Source of the DNA: Sphagnum compactum
Taxonomy: Eukaryota
Length of the DNA stretch: 64,000 bases
NCBI GenBank assembly: GCA_965153455.1
Contig: OZ234493.1
Location: forward strand, 19,644,213-19,708,212
Reading direction: 5' to 3'
Positions 38,121-52,681 of this stretch are shown here, in pieces (position 1 is the first letter of the stretch; every line of letters begins with the position of its first letter). The notes beneath the pieces were generated by a model. That model ran no database searches. It worked only from the letters and a program-made list of their open reading frames with translations, and was not told the origin of the DNA. Made by a program: the position numbers and the translations under genes.

Positions 38121-41100
38121 CAATATGAGCTTATTGTTTAATCATATTCATACCCAAGAACCTCCCAAAATAAGTATTCAAAGCTATATGATATATCCAT
38201 TTCAAGAACATTTGAATACTCATATTCATATCAAATTGAAAAAAATTAAATACATGTATGTACTTAACTAATAAGTTGATATGCACATACCCACTAAACA
38301 ATGGTCTTACATGTGACTCAAAGCATAGCCAAATCCAAGTGAGTCCTATTTGGAAACAATATTATGTTATGGCCATCTTGTTCATTTTTACACTTGTTAA
38401 TGCCAAATCAAATGATCAATTGGGATGCCCTTAATTTTGGGGGTTGTTGTTTTGCTTGCAACTGTTGAGCACATGGTTTTGACATTACTACTAAATGTGG
38501 GTGTTGTTCATTAGTCCCCATTCACTAGACTAGTGAATTCACTACTTCCCACTAATCCTCGTTCACTACAACTAATGAATTCACTAAAAATCCAGTGAAA
38601 TCACTTGGTGTATAGGGACACATTTTGTTGTAATGTGATGTCATGGCAACAAATCTGTTATGTTGGAAAGAAATAAACAACCAACATTTTGTATAATTTG
38701 ATTGGAAACCCTAACCCCCAACTCTTTTACCATTCACAACTTTCTAGCTTTGTGTTCCATTTTGGCCACATATGAAGAGTTAATAATACAAGACCTTGCA
38801 AGTTGGCGACCCAAAAGTATGTCATTGGCTTATTAAACCACAAGATTCCACAAAACATTGGAACTACAATTCAAAGAACTATGTATCCATCTTGACATTA
38901 TGATAATTTATCTTGAATATGAAACAAGTTGAAAACATTAGGAATCAAGAATCAAGATGCATTTATGATCACATTGGGAATCGTCTCTAACATATGTAAA
39001 CCATGTTTGTACAACAACAAGCTTGTTCAAAAAAAAACAAGTCATGAAAGAACTTTGCAAGTGAGTCATGGTTGGTAAGTTAACTTAGTAGAAGGGGTTG
39101 TCATTATTGATTTCGAAGCATTGCATATCACATTTCAACATAAAATTGCTTTAAAAGAAAAAGTTTAGTTTGACCTTATTTATTTCGACCACCCATTTCA
39201 CTATGGAACATGAAAAGTGAATGATTTCATTATGCCATTTCACTTGAAATGAATTAAGTCATCATATCCTTACACCATTTCACTTTCAATGAAACTTCGA
39301 TCATTCATGTCCAGTAGCAGTTTTTTTTAGAAGAAATTCAAAGTCAATAAGTGGCTAAAACCATGAAGAAAGAATGTGTGATATGGCTATTTGAACCATT
39401 GTTTTAAGAAAAAAATTGGCTACTATATTTTTATGGTTACTTACTTGATTACCATATTTTTTTCAAAGTTCAAAAAATTGGCGATTGTACAATTTTTTTA
39501 TATAGCAAATATGGCTATTCAAAACATTTGAAAAGTCTGCATTTTAATAATTATTGGACTAAAAAGGTTGCACACTACATTTGAGTGCATGTTGCATAAT
39601 GCAGTGACAAATTACAGTAATGAATTTCAAACTTTTATTCCAACTTTTAAACTTTGCAAGTTCAAAGTAATCTAAATTTTGTGCACATTGCATAATTGAG
39701 CAAGCCATTACTTGGGGAGTTGAACCCAAGTCTCAAAAGAGACTTTGCTTAATGCAAAGCAATGTTTTTACACCCACAACCCAACATAGCCCCCAACCAT
39801 AATATAAAGAACAAAATGGAAATACAACCAGATACAAAGTTCAAACATAAACCCCAAGCCATGTTCCTTGTTCCATGTCACATGATGCACTCCTTACTAA
39901 CCAAAAAAATTGTAATGATTCAAGGAATATAAGGATTCAAGAAGACATGACATCCAAATAAAACTCATGAGTTTCAAAAGAGGAAAAAAAAACAGATTCA
40001 TTATAAATGTGCATTCTACACTATGGATAATGTAAAGGATCCCCACAAATAGGGAATAGGAAAATAAAACCTAAGTTCTATCAATTGTAAAAAAAATATG
40101 CTTTTAAGAAACAACATAATATCGAGCTTTCATGCTCCCCCACAAGTTGATGGCCTCTTCAAACAGAAATTCCCAAGTGTGTAAAACCTTTGTGTATAAA
40201 ATCGAGTGCATAAATCCAAATGGCAAATCAAGCGGCTTTGTAATTCTTTTTTTATGAACACCACTACTGGAAAAATAACATTCGTCTTTCACATATGGGT
40301 CCAAATTCTTTAAGGAGTACCAAAATAATGTCACATTGTCACCCTTTTTATACTCCTCTATATGGTCCTATTTGATCATGTAAAGACACAAAATGGATGA
40401 AATTGATGGAATTTGGAGTTGTAATGGTCTAAAATATGGTATTTATAAAAATATTTGACACAAAACTCATTATATTGATGGGAAGGTAAAAGCATACTAA
40501 GCCCCCCCCCCCCCAATTGTAATCACACGTATAATCTTTTTGCAATTAATTTTTTTGGTATTGTATGGACATCACATCTTGGATGTTTTTGTTTGTTTTA
40601 AGTACATTTGATTAGCTTTAAACTTCATCTATTCAATTATTTTGGAAAACTCAACAAACATTGAAGAATTTGAACATTTGGAGTATATTCATGACAAAAT
40701 GAATATATCACAGAGTTTGAAAATTTGAATATATACTTCAAAACTAAGGTTATGGATGGAATTTTTGGGTGAATTTTTTTATGGTCTATGATATTGATGT
40801 ACATCAATTAAATCTAGGAAAATTTAGAAATTAAAATTTTTTGGATGAAATTCCATTCAAAAAATGTGTTTTTTGCAATTGTTTAGTAATGAATGCATAT
40901 TGATATCTTATTTTTAGGATAAAACCACTACCATATAAAAAATGAGAAGATTTTATAGATGGGCATTGCATTATTTTTTCAATTTTCTTTTGTTTGGTAA
41001 CGTTTCATGATTCATAAACATGAGGCCCTATGGCCACTGAAAAACTGTAAGTTATATATTATGTGTACATTGATTTTATCCAATCCTCACCATCTAACCA

Positions 41101-41379
41101 TTGGATCAAAATTAATTTTGACTCAAAATGAACTTTGAGTTCAAAAATGTTGTTGTGCAAATTCTAAAGTTCTTAAATTGTATTTAGGATAACCAAAGGA
41201 TGCCATCAAGATTTTAACTTACTACATATTATAATACTTATTATACATCACCTTTTTTGAACAAAATTGACTAACCCTTAATGTGCTTTCAAACAAGAAT
41301 CAAAATATAGGACAAAAAAAGACTCCATTAAGGACTAGGTCCTTTTTATTCTTAGTGGTACACTTTAAAGAATTTGGAC

Positions 41380-44300
41380 CCAGACCCTAAGATTAGAATA
41401 CAAGTTATTTCGGCTAGCTTAATAAACTTTGATCACTTTAGTTTGAGGATGGTAGAAGAGCTAATCTAGCCTATGATTGGGTCATAGTGTTGAGATCATA
41501 AACCTCTTTCAAGACTAATTCATTGTTTGTGGCCATTATCAATTTACAAAAAGAATATTGTGAATCCAAAAGATGACCATCAAAGAAAAGTTTCACCCAC
41601 ACTCCATCTTTTCCAACCTTGCAAGTGCTACAATAAGCAACCTTAATAACAATCAAACATCGGTGAAAATCATCACCAACATTATCAAAGTTTTGAGCCC
41701 AAAAAAATTGGTAAATCACACCCAATGCTAATATCCATCCATGGTTTGGAAATCTGCCATATAGTTCATCTGTTAAAACCTTGCCAAGATTTTCACATGA
41801 CCCATCACCAAAAGGACGTATGGCTTTAACCATGTTTCAAAAAACCTATTGTAAAATAATGTTGGTTGACAACAAATTCACAACTAACAAACTTGATAAC
41901 AAGACAATCAAGTTCCTTACCATTTAGATTTATGCACCAACTCATTAGTAGATTTTATTGAGTGATTCAAAAACATTCAATTCATAAAAAATTAGGTCAT
42001 CAAACTTAGTGTATGGATCAAAATAGAGTCAATAAAACTCAAGTTAACATAGGTTCACCGTATCATGAAGTCACACACAAAAACATCATGGGACTAGGCT
42101 AATTTGATTAGGGCATGCACAAAACTTAGGAGTGGGAGAGTCGCATGTAACCCTAGAATTAATTCCAAGTCATAAAAAAATTCAAGTTCTAAGTGGCAAT
42201 GCTATTTTTTGGAGCATTAGCATACATATTTGTAATTAAAGGTTTGTATTGTTCCATACCTTGTTGCACAAGAGATAATATACTAATCCATTTGGTCTTC
42301 ACATTCTGGAGCAACTTGTTTCCTTTTTCCATGAACACTTCACATAGTTTCTAAAATTCAAGGTATTTTTTAGGTGAGTGAGAGGAAAATGTAGACATAG
42401 CTTGAAGCAAAGCTTCTAATTGAACCACCAACTAAGTTTTGAAAGCACCAACAAAACCAAGTTTGTTCAATGAGCAAAACAATGCACTCCCATAAAAAAT
42501 GCAACCATTATTTCTTTCATCTAAATAGTCACACACCAATTCTTGAACCCTGGAAAACATTGCTGCCATTTGTTCCAATGGAAATGAATTTACATCCTAA
42601 TATTTCAACACTCACATTAGCAAGAGTTTCCAAATCTCTAAACATAAACTGAAAAACATTATCAATTATTCCCTGCAGTTCAACCATTCCCACACAAACC
42701 AGAAGAAGGATCCACTTCCAAGCTTGAACAACATAAATGTGAAGAGAGATACATGATGCATTATTTATAGTTGTCACTTCATCCGCATTCATAGATAGGA
42801 AATCAACAACATTGATAACATTACGAGTGGATTGTAGTAATAAATCATTCATTGATTCAACAATACCCCAACCTGAAGAATTAATCCAATGTTTTTTAGG
42901 TGTGTGTTTGACTATCGCAACCCTAGCCTTTGGCTTGTGACCAAGGCAAGGGGGTTGTGAGGTTGCGGGCCTAGTAGTAGACCCGGGAGGCACATCACAT
43001 GCTCCCGGGAGTGCAAGGAGTGCAAAGAGTCCAGAGAGTGTGAGGGAGTGAACCCTCACACTCCCAAGTGAACTCCCACGTTGGGAGTTGGTGAGAGTTG
43101 GAGTCCCGGAGGGACTCCCGAAACTTCAGAGAGCGTTTTGAGGGGTCAAAACGCCATGGCTTGTTTCGCTCTTTATATCAATGGAAAGCTCTTGAAGTGT
43201 AGATGTCCAAAATGGGCTCGCATTGCTCATTTGGATATCTGAAACACAAGTTATGGCCAAAAGAAGGCCCGGGAGTCGAATTCCCGGGAGTCGTCCAGTT
43301 TTGACTCCCGACCACTAAAAGTCGGGAATCGACCCGATTTACTTAGCTGCAGGGGGCGTGCCACATATCGTTGGAAAGCTCTCGACGAGAGCTACAACTT
43401 TGCTTCAGACCGCATTGCAATCTAAGGTCTGCTCGCAAAGTTATGGGGCTTCAAAGTCCCGGGAGTCCCACTTGGCGCGATTTCGAAAAATAGCCATTTG
43501 GATGTAGCCTCCGTGGAGAGCTGCAGAGTATACTATAAGGGGGAAGGTGCTGGCTTCCCCAAGGGGAAGGTGATGGCTTCCCCAAGGGAGCAAGGTGCTG
43601 ACTTACTCCCAAGTCCGGGCCGTGGTGAGTGAGTCCAAGTGCCCGTGGCTTGTCCTAACACCCAAGGGTGTTCCCGAATGTGATAAAGGGGGAAGGTGGT
43701 GGCTTCCCCAAGTCCGGGCCCAGGTGAATCAAGTGAGTCTAAGGTTGCCCGTGGCTCTTCCTAGCACCCAAGGTGCTTCAACTATGCACTAACCACTTCA
43801 TGAGGGTTTCGTGTAAGGCCGTGTGAGTGAGTAAGCTTGTCAACTCTTCCTAGTCCCATCCCGGAGCTCCAACACACCCCTTTACCCCTCAAGTGTTGTG
43901 AGCTAGGGAACGGCTCCAAGTTCCAACTCCTTCCGCATTGCCGCATACTTGGACCCTCAAGTGGGTCTACGAGGAACTTGGGAGCGCGTCATTGACCTTA
44001 AGCACAATGAATAGATCCTTCAATCCTTCAAAGTCGCTCATTGCCTGACCTCTAGACAATAAATGAAACACTACAAGAAACCACACAATTTGTTTTTCCT
44101 TATCTTGGGGAACTGCTACAACAATAAAATCCAAAATTAAAAGATGATTTGCAATATTATAGGTTTTTTCATTTTGAGCATGTTAGTTTTTAGGATTGAA
44201 ATAAAAAGAACCAACTTCCACACCATGATTAAGAACTTTGGTTTTGAGCCTACTTGCATGCTTGAACAACCTATTAAGTTTAGGAACCAACAACCTTTCC

Positions 44301-44380
44301 TTCCCTTCTATTTTCAAGCAAATAGAATTGGAACCTATTGACTTTACTTTCTTTTCCTTCAACCAAAGACTTATCTACTT
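41380..44380 (-). mobile_element. hAT-like (ZNF862/DUF4371-type) transposase fossil interrupted by a solo LTR
   Basis: Reads KIEGKERLLVPKLNRLFKH...HAQNE...FHLLSRG...LKV, then the LTR, then KHTPKKHW...NADEVTT...GTNGSNVFQG...RFP...ALGVIY...KLAEI, with many stops and frameshifts. Confidence 0.7.
42913..43991. mobile_element. Solo LTR (1079 bp) of an LTR retrotransposon
   Basis: Starts TATCGCAACC (probably a decayed TG), ends GCGCGTCA. Perfect 5-bp TSD TTGAC at 42908-42912 and 43992-43996. GC-richer than the flanks, with internal AAGGGGAAGGTG repeats. The hAT reading frame resumes across it. Confidence 0.85.
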
Positions 44381-47300
44381 AACAATTTGGGTCCATCCTT
44401 TCTGAACTTATTAGAATTCCAACATGTTTGTTGAAAAGAATATGGATTGCCATGTCAGCATTGATGACACTTTGTTGCCAAATGACATGCCATGTCATCA
44501 TCACATGGAAGACTAAGTTGTTATTAATCGCAAAGGACAACAATATTTTCAACTAACTAATAAATGAAATTAATTCATCAAATCAATGACATGAATCATG
44601 ATGTGAAGTTAGTGTCACAAGTCATGAAGTGTTGTGACTACTAGTCAACCTCATTGCCATGTGGCATGCCACATCAACATCACACGACCATAAATAGTTA
44701 TTATTCACCAAAAGTTGCAAGAATGAATGGAATTTTGTTATTACCTAATTTTGGATGATTAAAAATACATTAAAAATGCATTTTTGATATTTTGATATTT
44801 TTGTAAAAACCATCAAGTTGTGATATTGACTACAATCACAAAACAATAATGCCATGTGGCACCACAATGTCTTTTATGACTATGAAGTCATTAACATGAA
44901 CTTGTAGTTACAATTATAGTAAAAAAAGACAATAGTCATTTTATTAACCAATTGTAAAACCCAAAATGTGTTGTTGTGATCAAATTCCATCAACCTACAA
45001 TCCTAATCTTTTCACCACATGGCTTTCCTTTGTAGTACCCTGTCACCATCACTACACCTTTATTGAGGCATATCACCATTGTTACACCATTGTTGCAACT
45101 AAAGTCACCATTATGATTCTTCTAAGTTATTTTAGGGTTGCAACTTGCTTTAAGCTTGTTGTGGCTAGTCTTTATTGTTGTACATCAAAGGTCTTAAAAA
45201 AATTTATGCATATTTTGAAATCCAAAGTACTCATGTTTGGGGGTTGTAATGAGTTATGTTTAAAGGTTGTGGGAGAAAGGAGGTGGGTTATGGCAAGTTG
45301 TTCAATGGACGTGGATCACTTAACGTTCAATATAATAATCAAGTTGGAGTTGAGCAAATTCGGAGCTCCAAAGTCCAAACTTCAAAGTGTTTTTTGTTTT
45401 CTCTTTTTTGAGTGTTTGCTTGTTCATCTTTTTTTAATTTCTTGTTTCCAAGTTCCACCATGTCTCCTCTTGTGATTTTGAAGAACTTCAAATTCAAACC
45501 CATTTTCCTTCTCACTACAAATGTTGAGATTGTTGATGTAGAAATGTTTGATCTAGAACCTCTTATCGTAATGTTTGCTTTAAAACCAATTGTCGTAAAA
45601 TTTGCTTCATAACCTCTTATTGTAACATCTACTTCAAAACCTTTCATTATAACGTCTACTTCAAAGCCTACTTCATAACTTGTTCATCAAGTTTGTCATA
45701 CCTCAACAATAAATTTAAAAAACAAGATTGTGAAGGTAATAAACAATTCCAAGATAGATGAGCATAGTGTCTTCCTTACGCAAAGTCCATAGTAGATGAT
45801 AGAGGTGACACCATAAGTTTTTGTGTGTCTTGAATTTATGGTGCCAACATTTGTCATGGCATGCCATATTGTTTTGTGTGCCATGACATTTTTGAAGTCA
45901 TGAATTCACATGCATGTGTATGTGTACAAAATAATCTATTGTTGATTGTAATTATGATTATAACATTAATAGACATTTTGAAAAAGGTGATATATAACTC
46001 CTTGACTTTTTATTACTTAACACACTAGCTAACGTTAACATAACTATTAAATTAACCTATGTATGTAGATTATTTAATACAAACCTGCTTCGTGATATAA
46101 ACTACCTTGTAAATTACTTAACTAGACATAATAAAGTTATTACGTTTAGTATGTTTAAATATACTTAGAATATGTTAAACTTTTGTTTTGTTTCATTTCC
46201 AATTCATTTTCAACCAAGTTTGGATCATTTATTGTTTAACAATTTGATCCTTCACAACTTTAGGATTAGTTTTTATAATCTTTTAATTTGCTCCATATCA
46301 ACCAACAACATTTCACCAAGTGTTCAACCATGTCCAATGATCAATGGTCCTATCCACACAAAGGTTGGAAAATATCACGTTCATTGTTGGTTCGACAACA
46401 AGCTTGCATATCAAACCTTGTGAAACCAAGGATCCTCCGAAGTTTAGAGGCATAGGGTGATGGTGCACTACCATGTCCCATTATCACTTCAATGCCATTA
46501 ATTTCTTATGACATTTTGTTGCAATTGATGTTGGTTGGCTCTAGATTTTTTATTGGACTTTTATTCAAATTCAAGTTGAATTCTAAAAATTAGATTTGAC
46601 AGGCCTATGTAGGAGAAGAGCCAACATAAAATTAGACAAGGAATACCTTATTGTAACACCTAAAATTAAACCTAATTGTTAAGGGGGTAGGATGAGTATG
46701 TGATTTTGGATGAACAAGGTAGTTAGGAAAGGGACTAATAAGGGAACTTTGTAAGTTTGAATTTTGAATTCTTGTTGTTTAGATCATGATGATGTGACTT
46801 GGGATAGTTCAAAAGGGGAGAGTTTTGAAGAACAAGGGAGAGAAAGGAAGAGATGAGACACGAAGTTTTAAAGAAGAATAAGAAGAGCTGGAGGTACTTG
46901 CAGTAAAAAACCATAGACTTTGTTTTGATATAGCACATATTTTAAGTTTTTGGATTTTTTCAACAAAACATGGGATTATGTTATAATTTGGATTCATGTT
47001 TTCAGTAATACAAAGAAACACAAATTTCTATAGTGAATTCTATGTTCATATTTTATGTTGAATTTTTTGTAGTGTCAAATTATGATGAAATGAATTGTAA
47101 TCTTGTTTCTAAAATTTTTACAATGTATTTTGAAGTGTAGATTCTGCTTATATGTAATAACCATGAATATGATGTTGGAATGAATGGTATTGTTAAATTT
47201 GTTGAGACTTAAAATAGAAATAATGACATATGCATGTGAAATGCAAATATGTTATTACAATAGTGTGAAATATTTTACAAAAATTTAAATTTCACTTCTA

Positions 47301-48264
47301 CCACTAACTTGGGAAAAACCAAGGTCCATTAGACCCATTTCAGACCCGACATGAAGGCCTTATGAACCTTTTATGTAGGGCATGGGTTTTAATTTTAAAT
47401 AAGGCTAAAGTAAGGTCGAAATGTAATTATTAATTGTTTTTTTTACACTTCACAGCCTTTTCCTTGGGGCACCTTTGAAGCTTTCCTCATTAAATGGTTG
47501 GGCATTGTGCATGGGAAAAAAATGGGGTATTTGTTGGTAACTTTTTGAGTTTTCTCATTACAATTTTGGACAATGCATATGGGATAAAACTTGGTGTTAT
47601 TTGCCATCAGGCCAAAAGTGATGATTGTTTTTTGAAGTTTATGGCTTTTGAATCTTTGGGGGTCGGGGATGTTTCCTCATTCCTTAACCTTTTGAACAAT
47701 TTAAATGGTGCCAAATGCACATTGTAATGTTCTACACTTTGTCTTTAGACTCCTAAATTGTTTTTTCAATGATGGGCCAATTAAAAAGGCTCATTGCAAA
47801 AGACAAAATTCTTTGTGTCCACGCCCCCTCCCCCCTTTAACTACTTAAAATGAATCACACAATACACATTATATTCTCATAATATTGTTTTTGGAGGCAT
47901 GTTAAGGAATACTTTAAGAACCCATTGGGAAGTTAAAGGAACTTGATGAAACATTGTGAGAATCATTTGGGAACTTGGTGGGAACTTCAAATTTCAAAAA
48001 ATCTAAAATTGCTTAAAAATCAGCTTTGAAATCATCCCCAAGAATAAGCCAAAACTAGCTATTGGTTTTTATACAAGTTGAACTTTTTATATCCAAAATC
48101 ATTGGTTAAGAAATATTGAACTAGTCCCCTAGCAACTGATGGGTTTTAATTTTTGAAAATATTCTCTAGACTTGGAACCAAAAGATCTTCCATTCAAATA
48201 AAACTTTAGATTTGAACTGAATGGTTCCTGTAAAAACTAAGAACCAAGCAACATTTGTTACATC

Positions 48265-49061
48265 CAGTGTTGGGCAATTCCCATATTTGGGTGAGAATTA
48301 ATGCTTCTAGTTTTTTCATAAAGTTATAAGAACCAACTCAATTTGTTTTTTTGAGTTTGATGAGAACTGTTGAAGATATCAATATTTTATTTTAAATATT
48401 CAGCCAGTTCTCAAATTATCAATTTTCCCACATGTTAGAATAGTCGATTATCTCCAATGATTATTCAAAACTAGTTACTAAATTTATTCTAGTCAAACAA
48501 TGAGGTGTGCAATGTGCATCCAAGGAATGTGCACTCAAAATATTCTCCAATTTAATACCATATTTGTCCCATATTCTTTGCCCGAAAGTATGAGCATGTA
48601 TTGTATATAGATGGACTAAAGGGAAGCCCTTCTCAAATCACTATGTTGTTGGTACATAATGAGTTGAATCAACATGTCGAGAGCATTAAAAACAATGTCA
48701 ATCAATGTGACCCCTTAAAATGAAAACATTGAGCTTTGGGATGCTTCAAGATTATGATGACCGATAAATAAAAGCAGTTCATATTACCTATCCCTGGAGT
48801 AGATAGCCCCTTAATCCTAGACCTCTAAAATTGAGAATTGTTTTTGAGTTTTTTAAAAATCTTGGTCGGTTCTCATATTTTTATAATTTTTAATTTATAG
48901 CATGCTTCTTAAGTGGTGGTGCTCCTTGAAGTGATAATCAAAGGGACAGGAGTCATCCCGGGTATCGCCGGTATATACTTGACCGGTTCTTCCCAAAACA
49001 AAAGAACCAAATGATACCCAACCTGCTTCTGGACACCCTGTTCTATACCCGCCCAACACTG
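48265..49061. mobile_element. Possible non-autonomous hAT-type element
   Basis: TIR CAGTGTTGGGC ... GCCCAACACTG. The flanking 8-mers GTTACATC and GGTGCAAC match at only 5 of 8 positions. Similar CCAGTGTTGG starts near 2529 and 3608. Confidence 0.4.
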
Positions 49062-50981
49062 GGTGCAACTCTCCAACAAGCCACAGTCGCCGACTTCTTG
49101 GAGCATTAGACTTTATTTATTTATTATACTAGACTTTTTGTTTCCTTTCTTCCTAATCCACCACAAAATTTACTTCAACTAACCTAGCTATAAATAGCAG
49201 CTACTTGGCGCTTTTGAAGGGTGATGGCAGCAGCTGCTTGTGGACCTGCACAGCTGCTGTTGATGAAACCCTGCCGACCATGGAATTAACCAAAGCACGC
49301 CAAAAAAAAAAGAAAAAGGGAATGAATTGGAAGGACCCACGTCCAAGAAAGGCAAATGAACTACCCAAGAGGGCGAACCACAATGGCAACGTCAAGTTTC
49401 ATCTGCAATCCTCACTCAAGTATCCTAGTTGTGCTTGTTTGTCTTCTTGTGCCACCCATTAGGTACTTAGGACACCATAATGTGAAAATATAGATAGTCA
49501 TGATGCACACCAAAATCAGGGGGTAACCGACCACCACCTTTGGTAATTCGAAACAAGTTACACAATCTCCTAACAAAAGTTAAGGGCGCTATTCCACTAA
49601 AGGCCAGGCCACCTACCCACTTTTCAGTGGGACTTAGCCAAATGTGATGAAGGTATTCTTTTTGGGGTGAATACCAGGCATTTTGACCCATTATTTCCAC
49701 ATCATATGCCATTGATCTGATGGTACCTCCTCCACTTCCTAAAATATAAGTGTCAACTTAAAAGATAAGTTACAATTAAATGGTCTTTTTCATAAAGTGA
49801 GTACTTTAAATAAATAAAATAGTGACCAGTTTTGGGGTCTTAATTTAGTAATTTAGTTGGGTTTTCTGTATGAGGGATCCGTGGCAGTCGGTCACAATTA
49901 AGGAACACCATTCATGACCAAAACTGAAATATAACACAACTGGTGAAATTGTCTTAGTGTCTCACATGGTGAAAGTTCCATAATATGAATGATCACAAGG
50001 AATCATCTCCCCCCCCCCCTCGCCCCTCCCAAAATTGTGAGGTCCAAAAACAGGTTAACGTTGCAAATTTTAAGAAAAAACATAAATCTATATATATAAT
50101 ATCGGTGGTTTTGTCCTTGGGTGGTCGTCCTTTAGGGGTCGAAGTGCAGTGACGACTTGAGGTGACGAAACCCAGTTTTGGTCCCCCTTTTTGTTTTCTG
50201 TGGACTGGAGTTATCCAGAAAGTCACCCTGTCTTTGGGCCTGCTTCCACTCCCTATCCCCTCTTTCAGTGGTATCCGCAAAGAAGGGAAATTCACAATGG
50301 CAAAGTTTTGCGTAGGTCCCGAGGAGGAGAAGAGAGGTGGGATGGGGCATTCTTGCAATGAAATGAGGGGCCCGACATGAGGCGGTGATGGCTAAGTGGC
50401 ATGGGACCCTTGAGTATGCTCGCTCATGCCTTTCACCTAGCATAAAGAATTGGATAAGTTTTCTTAAATAGATTACAGGTTACAAAACCATGTTCAAAGC
50501 ATCATCATTTCGTCAATCTCTTCACACGTTTTTTTCTCTTTTAAAAAAAATTATAAATATAAATAAATAAATAAATATATATATATATATCGAGAAACAA
50601 ATGGAAAACTCCATTGCAAAAATAAAACCATTACATCTCCATAAAAAAAGGACCGCTTTGCATTGGTAGCCAGAGTTTTTAAACAGTAGAAATCTGGGCC
50701 AGAAAAAAAAAAAAGCACTGCTTCACAACAGTTTTTTTGTTTTTTTTTTTCCAATTCCCTGATGGAGCCAGAGTGGTGAGAGAAACAAGACGCCATTGGG
50801 TACTGTGACTTGCAGATAAGGGATTTGAAAATGATGAGCATGCCTCTTCCTCTATATTTGGGACAGTTGATTGGCATGCACCTCTCCATGCATCCCGCGT
50901 GTCCTCTGTCCACACTACACACAAATGCAGGCCCATGTGGGCGTCGTAAGTTGAGTGGCCAGGAGTTTTTAAGGACTGTCT

Positions 50982-51149
50982 CGTGGTGGATATCGTGCCG
51001 AAGGAGCTCCTGGAGCTGGGGGATATGGTGTCGAAGGAGGTACTGGAGCCGGGGGTTATGGTGCTGGAGGAGGTCCTGGAGCCGGGGGTTATGAAGGTTT
51101 CATCCGGAAAGTGAAGAGCATGATAGGTGGTCACCACAGAGACTACTAG
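50982..51149 (+). pseudogene. Gly-rich dehydrin/LEA-like C-terminal fragment
   Basis: RGGYRAEGAPGAGGYGVEGGTGAGGYGAGGGPGAGGYEGFIRKVKSMIGGHHRDY*: 36-bp GAGGY repeats plus a K-segment-like ending; no N-terminus. Confidence 0.45.
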
Positions 51150-51938
51150 ATCCACTTCGTATGAAATTCCAAGCAAAATGCACCAAGTGATGTTTCTTAC
51201 ACATTTTGGTTCACAACAAATGTATTTTGCAGAATTTTTTTTGTTGTTTGTTGTCAATTTTGTTATAAAATCTTTACTTTTGCTTTTTTGGGGATACTAT
51301 GCTTTTGTTTCAATAATTTTTTGCACTTGGGAATATATGGAATATATAATGTAAGAAATATATCCCATATCCTAAAGTGCTGAGTTAGTGTTTTTGTGAT
51401 GCTATCTGAAGGTGCTCTTTGATTTGGAATTTTTTCTTGCAGGCTGAAAGTTACAAGGACCAGGAGCTCTTTGGATTCCCAACAGCAAAAATGGGGCGAA
51501 TTTGTTTTGCACCAGTGTATATTAATGTTTAGAATATTTTGTAAACAGGTATTTAGTGGTCTTTTTTGGGGAACAATTTCCTTCCTAATGTATATTAATG
51601 AGGAGAATTTTTTTTTTCCGTTCACAAAAGATAAGATTAGTTCTCGCTGAACCACCCTAAACCCTAATAATACTTCATTACCCAAAAGCATAGGGAAATT
51701 TTAGGACAAATTGTGAGATTCGGCTTCTTTGTAGGATATATTTTTTCAATACTAATAAACCTTCAACTTAAAAGACTATGATTTTTGGTCATGAGTTTTA
51801 TATGATTTATTGCTCCCACATGTTTCAAAGCGTTACTGCTGGTGCAACATCATAATAACATGTTGTCATCAATTATTCATGCTCTATTTTGACTTATTGG
51901 TTTTTCTTTTTTTTTCTTCTTGCGAAATTGTTTTTCAG

Positions 51939-52127
51939 AACCAGATACAATTGGTGGGAACCAACTATGGTGGCATGGTGGCATTTCGGATGGTAGAGAT
52001 GTATCCAAATTTTGTGAAGAAAGTGGTGATTTCCAACTCAGGGGTGGGTTTCATGTCGACTAGCTTGGACGAGCTTCTTGCCAGGAGCAATCTATCCAGC
52101 ATATCGAAGGTCATGTCAAGGGAATGA
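51939..52127 (+). pseudogene. Isolated alpha/beta-hydrolase exon
   Basis: After a polypyrimidine/CAG acceptor: NQIQLVGTNYGGMVAFRMVEMYPNFVKKVVISNSGV, a GxSYGG nucleophile-elbow context with Ser replaced by Asn. No other intact exons recognised. Confidence 0.65.
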
Positions 52128-52681
52128 AGGTCTTCCTTGCAAATGTGACATACAAAGCAATGTGATAGTTGCCTGCCTATCAAGAGAAATCTGTTTTACG
52201 AAAGTTGTGCAAACATGGCCATGTCACATAATTAGTGATCAGGAAGAACGTCCACGTCTTCAACCCAATGCCGATGCTCTCTAATTCCAGTGACGATGTG
52301 ATGTGAGCTCATTGCAGCCAAGGTGCATTGAAGAAATTTCTAGAATTGCAAATTGGAAAGCACTTCTGATGGAAGGAATATTGCTGTAAATTTAGCCAGT
52401 TTGACACTGTTTCTACAATTCTATCTTCGTTGTTGTCCAGGCAGAATTCCAAAGCGTTGTTGCTGCTGCAACATCATAATATTTCGACTTATTGGTTTTT
52501 TTTTTTTTTTCCTCTGGCAAAATTAGGCCCCGACAGGAATGGAGGCCCTGAGGATTATGATTTCTGGAGTTCTGACATCTGGAAAGGGGACGCAATGTGA
52601 GCTCATTGCAGACAACTTTGCTTTGAACAGACCTCTTCACCTATCTCCCCCCCCTTCAACACAACAACTCTCATTAAACCA

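Noticed and set aside
42529-43059. 176-aa ORF as a real gene
   Set aside because: It is a chance fusion of solo-LTR sequence with the hAT transposase fossil across the junction at 42913.
44069-44080. CACTACAAGAAA as the left TIR of another CACTA element
   Set aside because: On the minus strand it reads FLVV within continuous hAT coding sequence (KEKQIVWFLVVFHLL), and candidate right ends near 47035 and 47074 lack a matching 3-bp TSD.
50679-51257. 192-aa minus-strand ORF with TITPGS repeats
   Set aside because: The repeats are the antisense of the plus-strand GAGGY repeats, and the ORF spans unrelated fragments.
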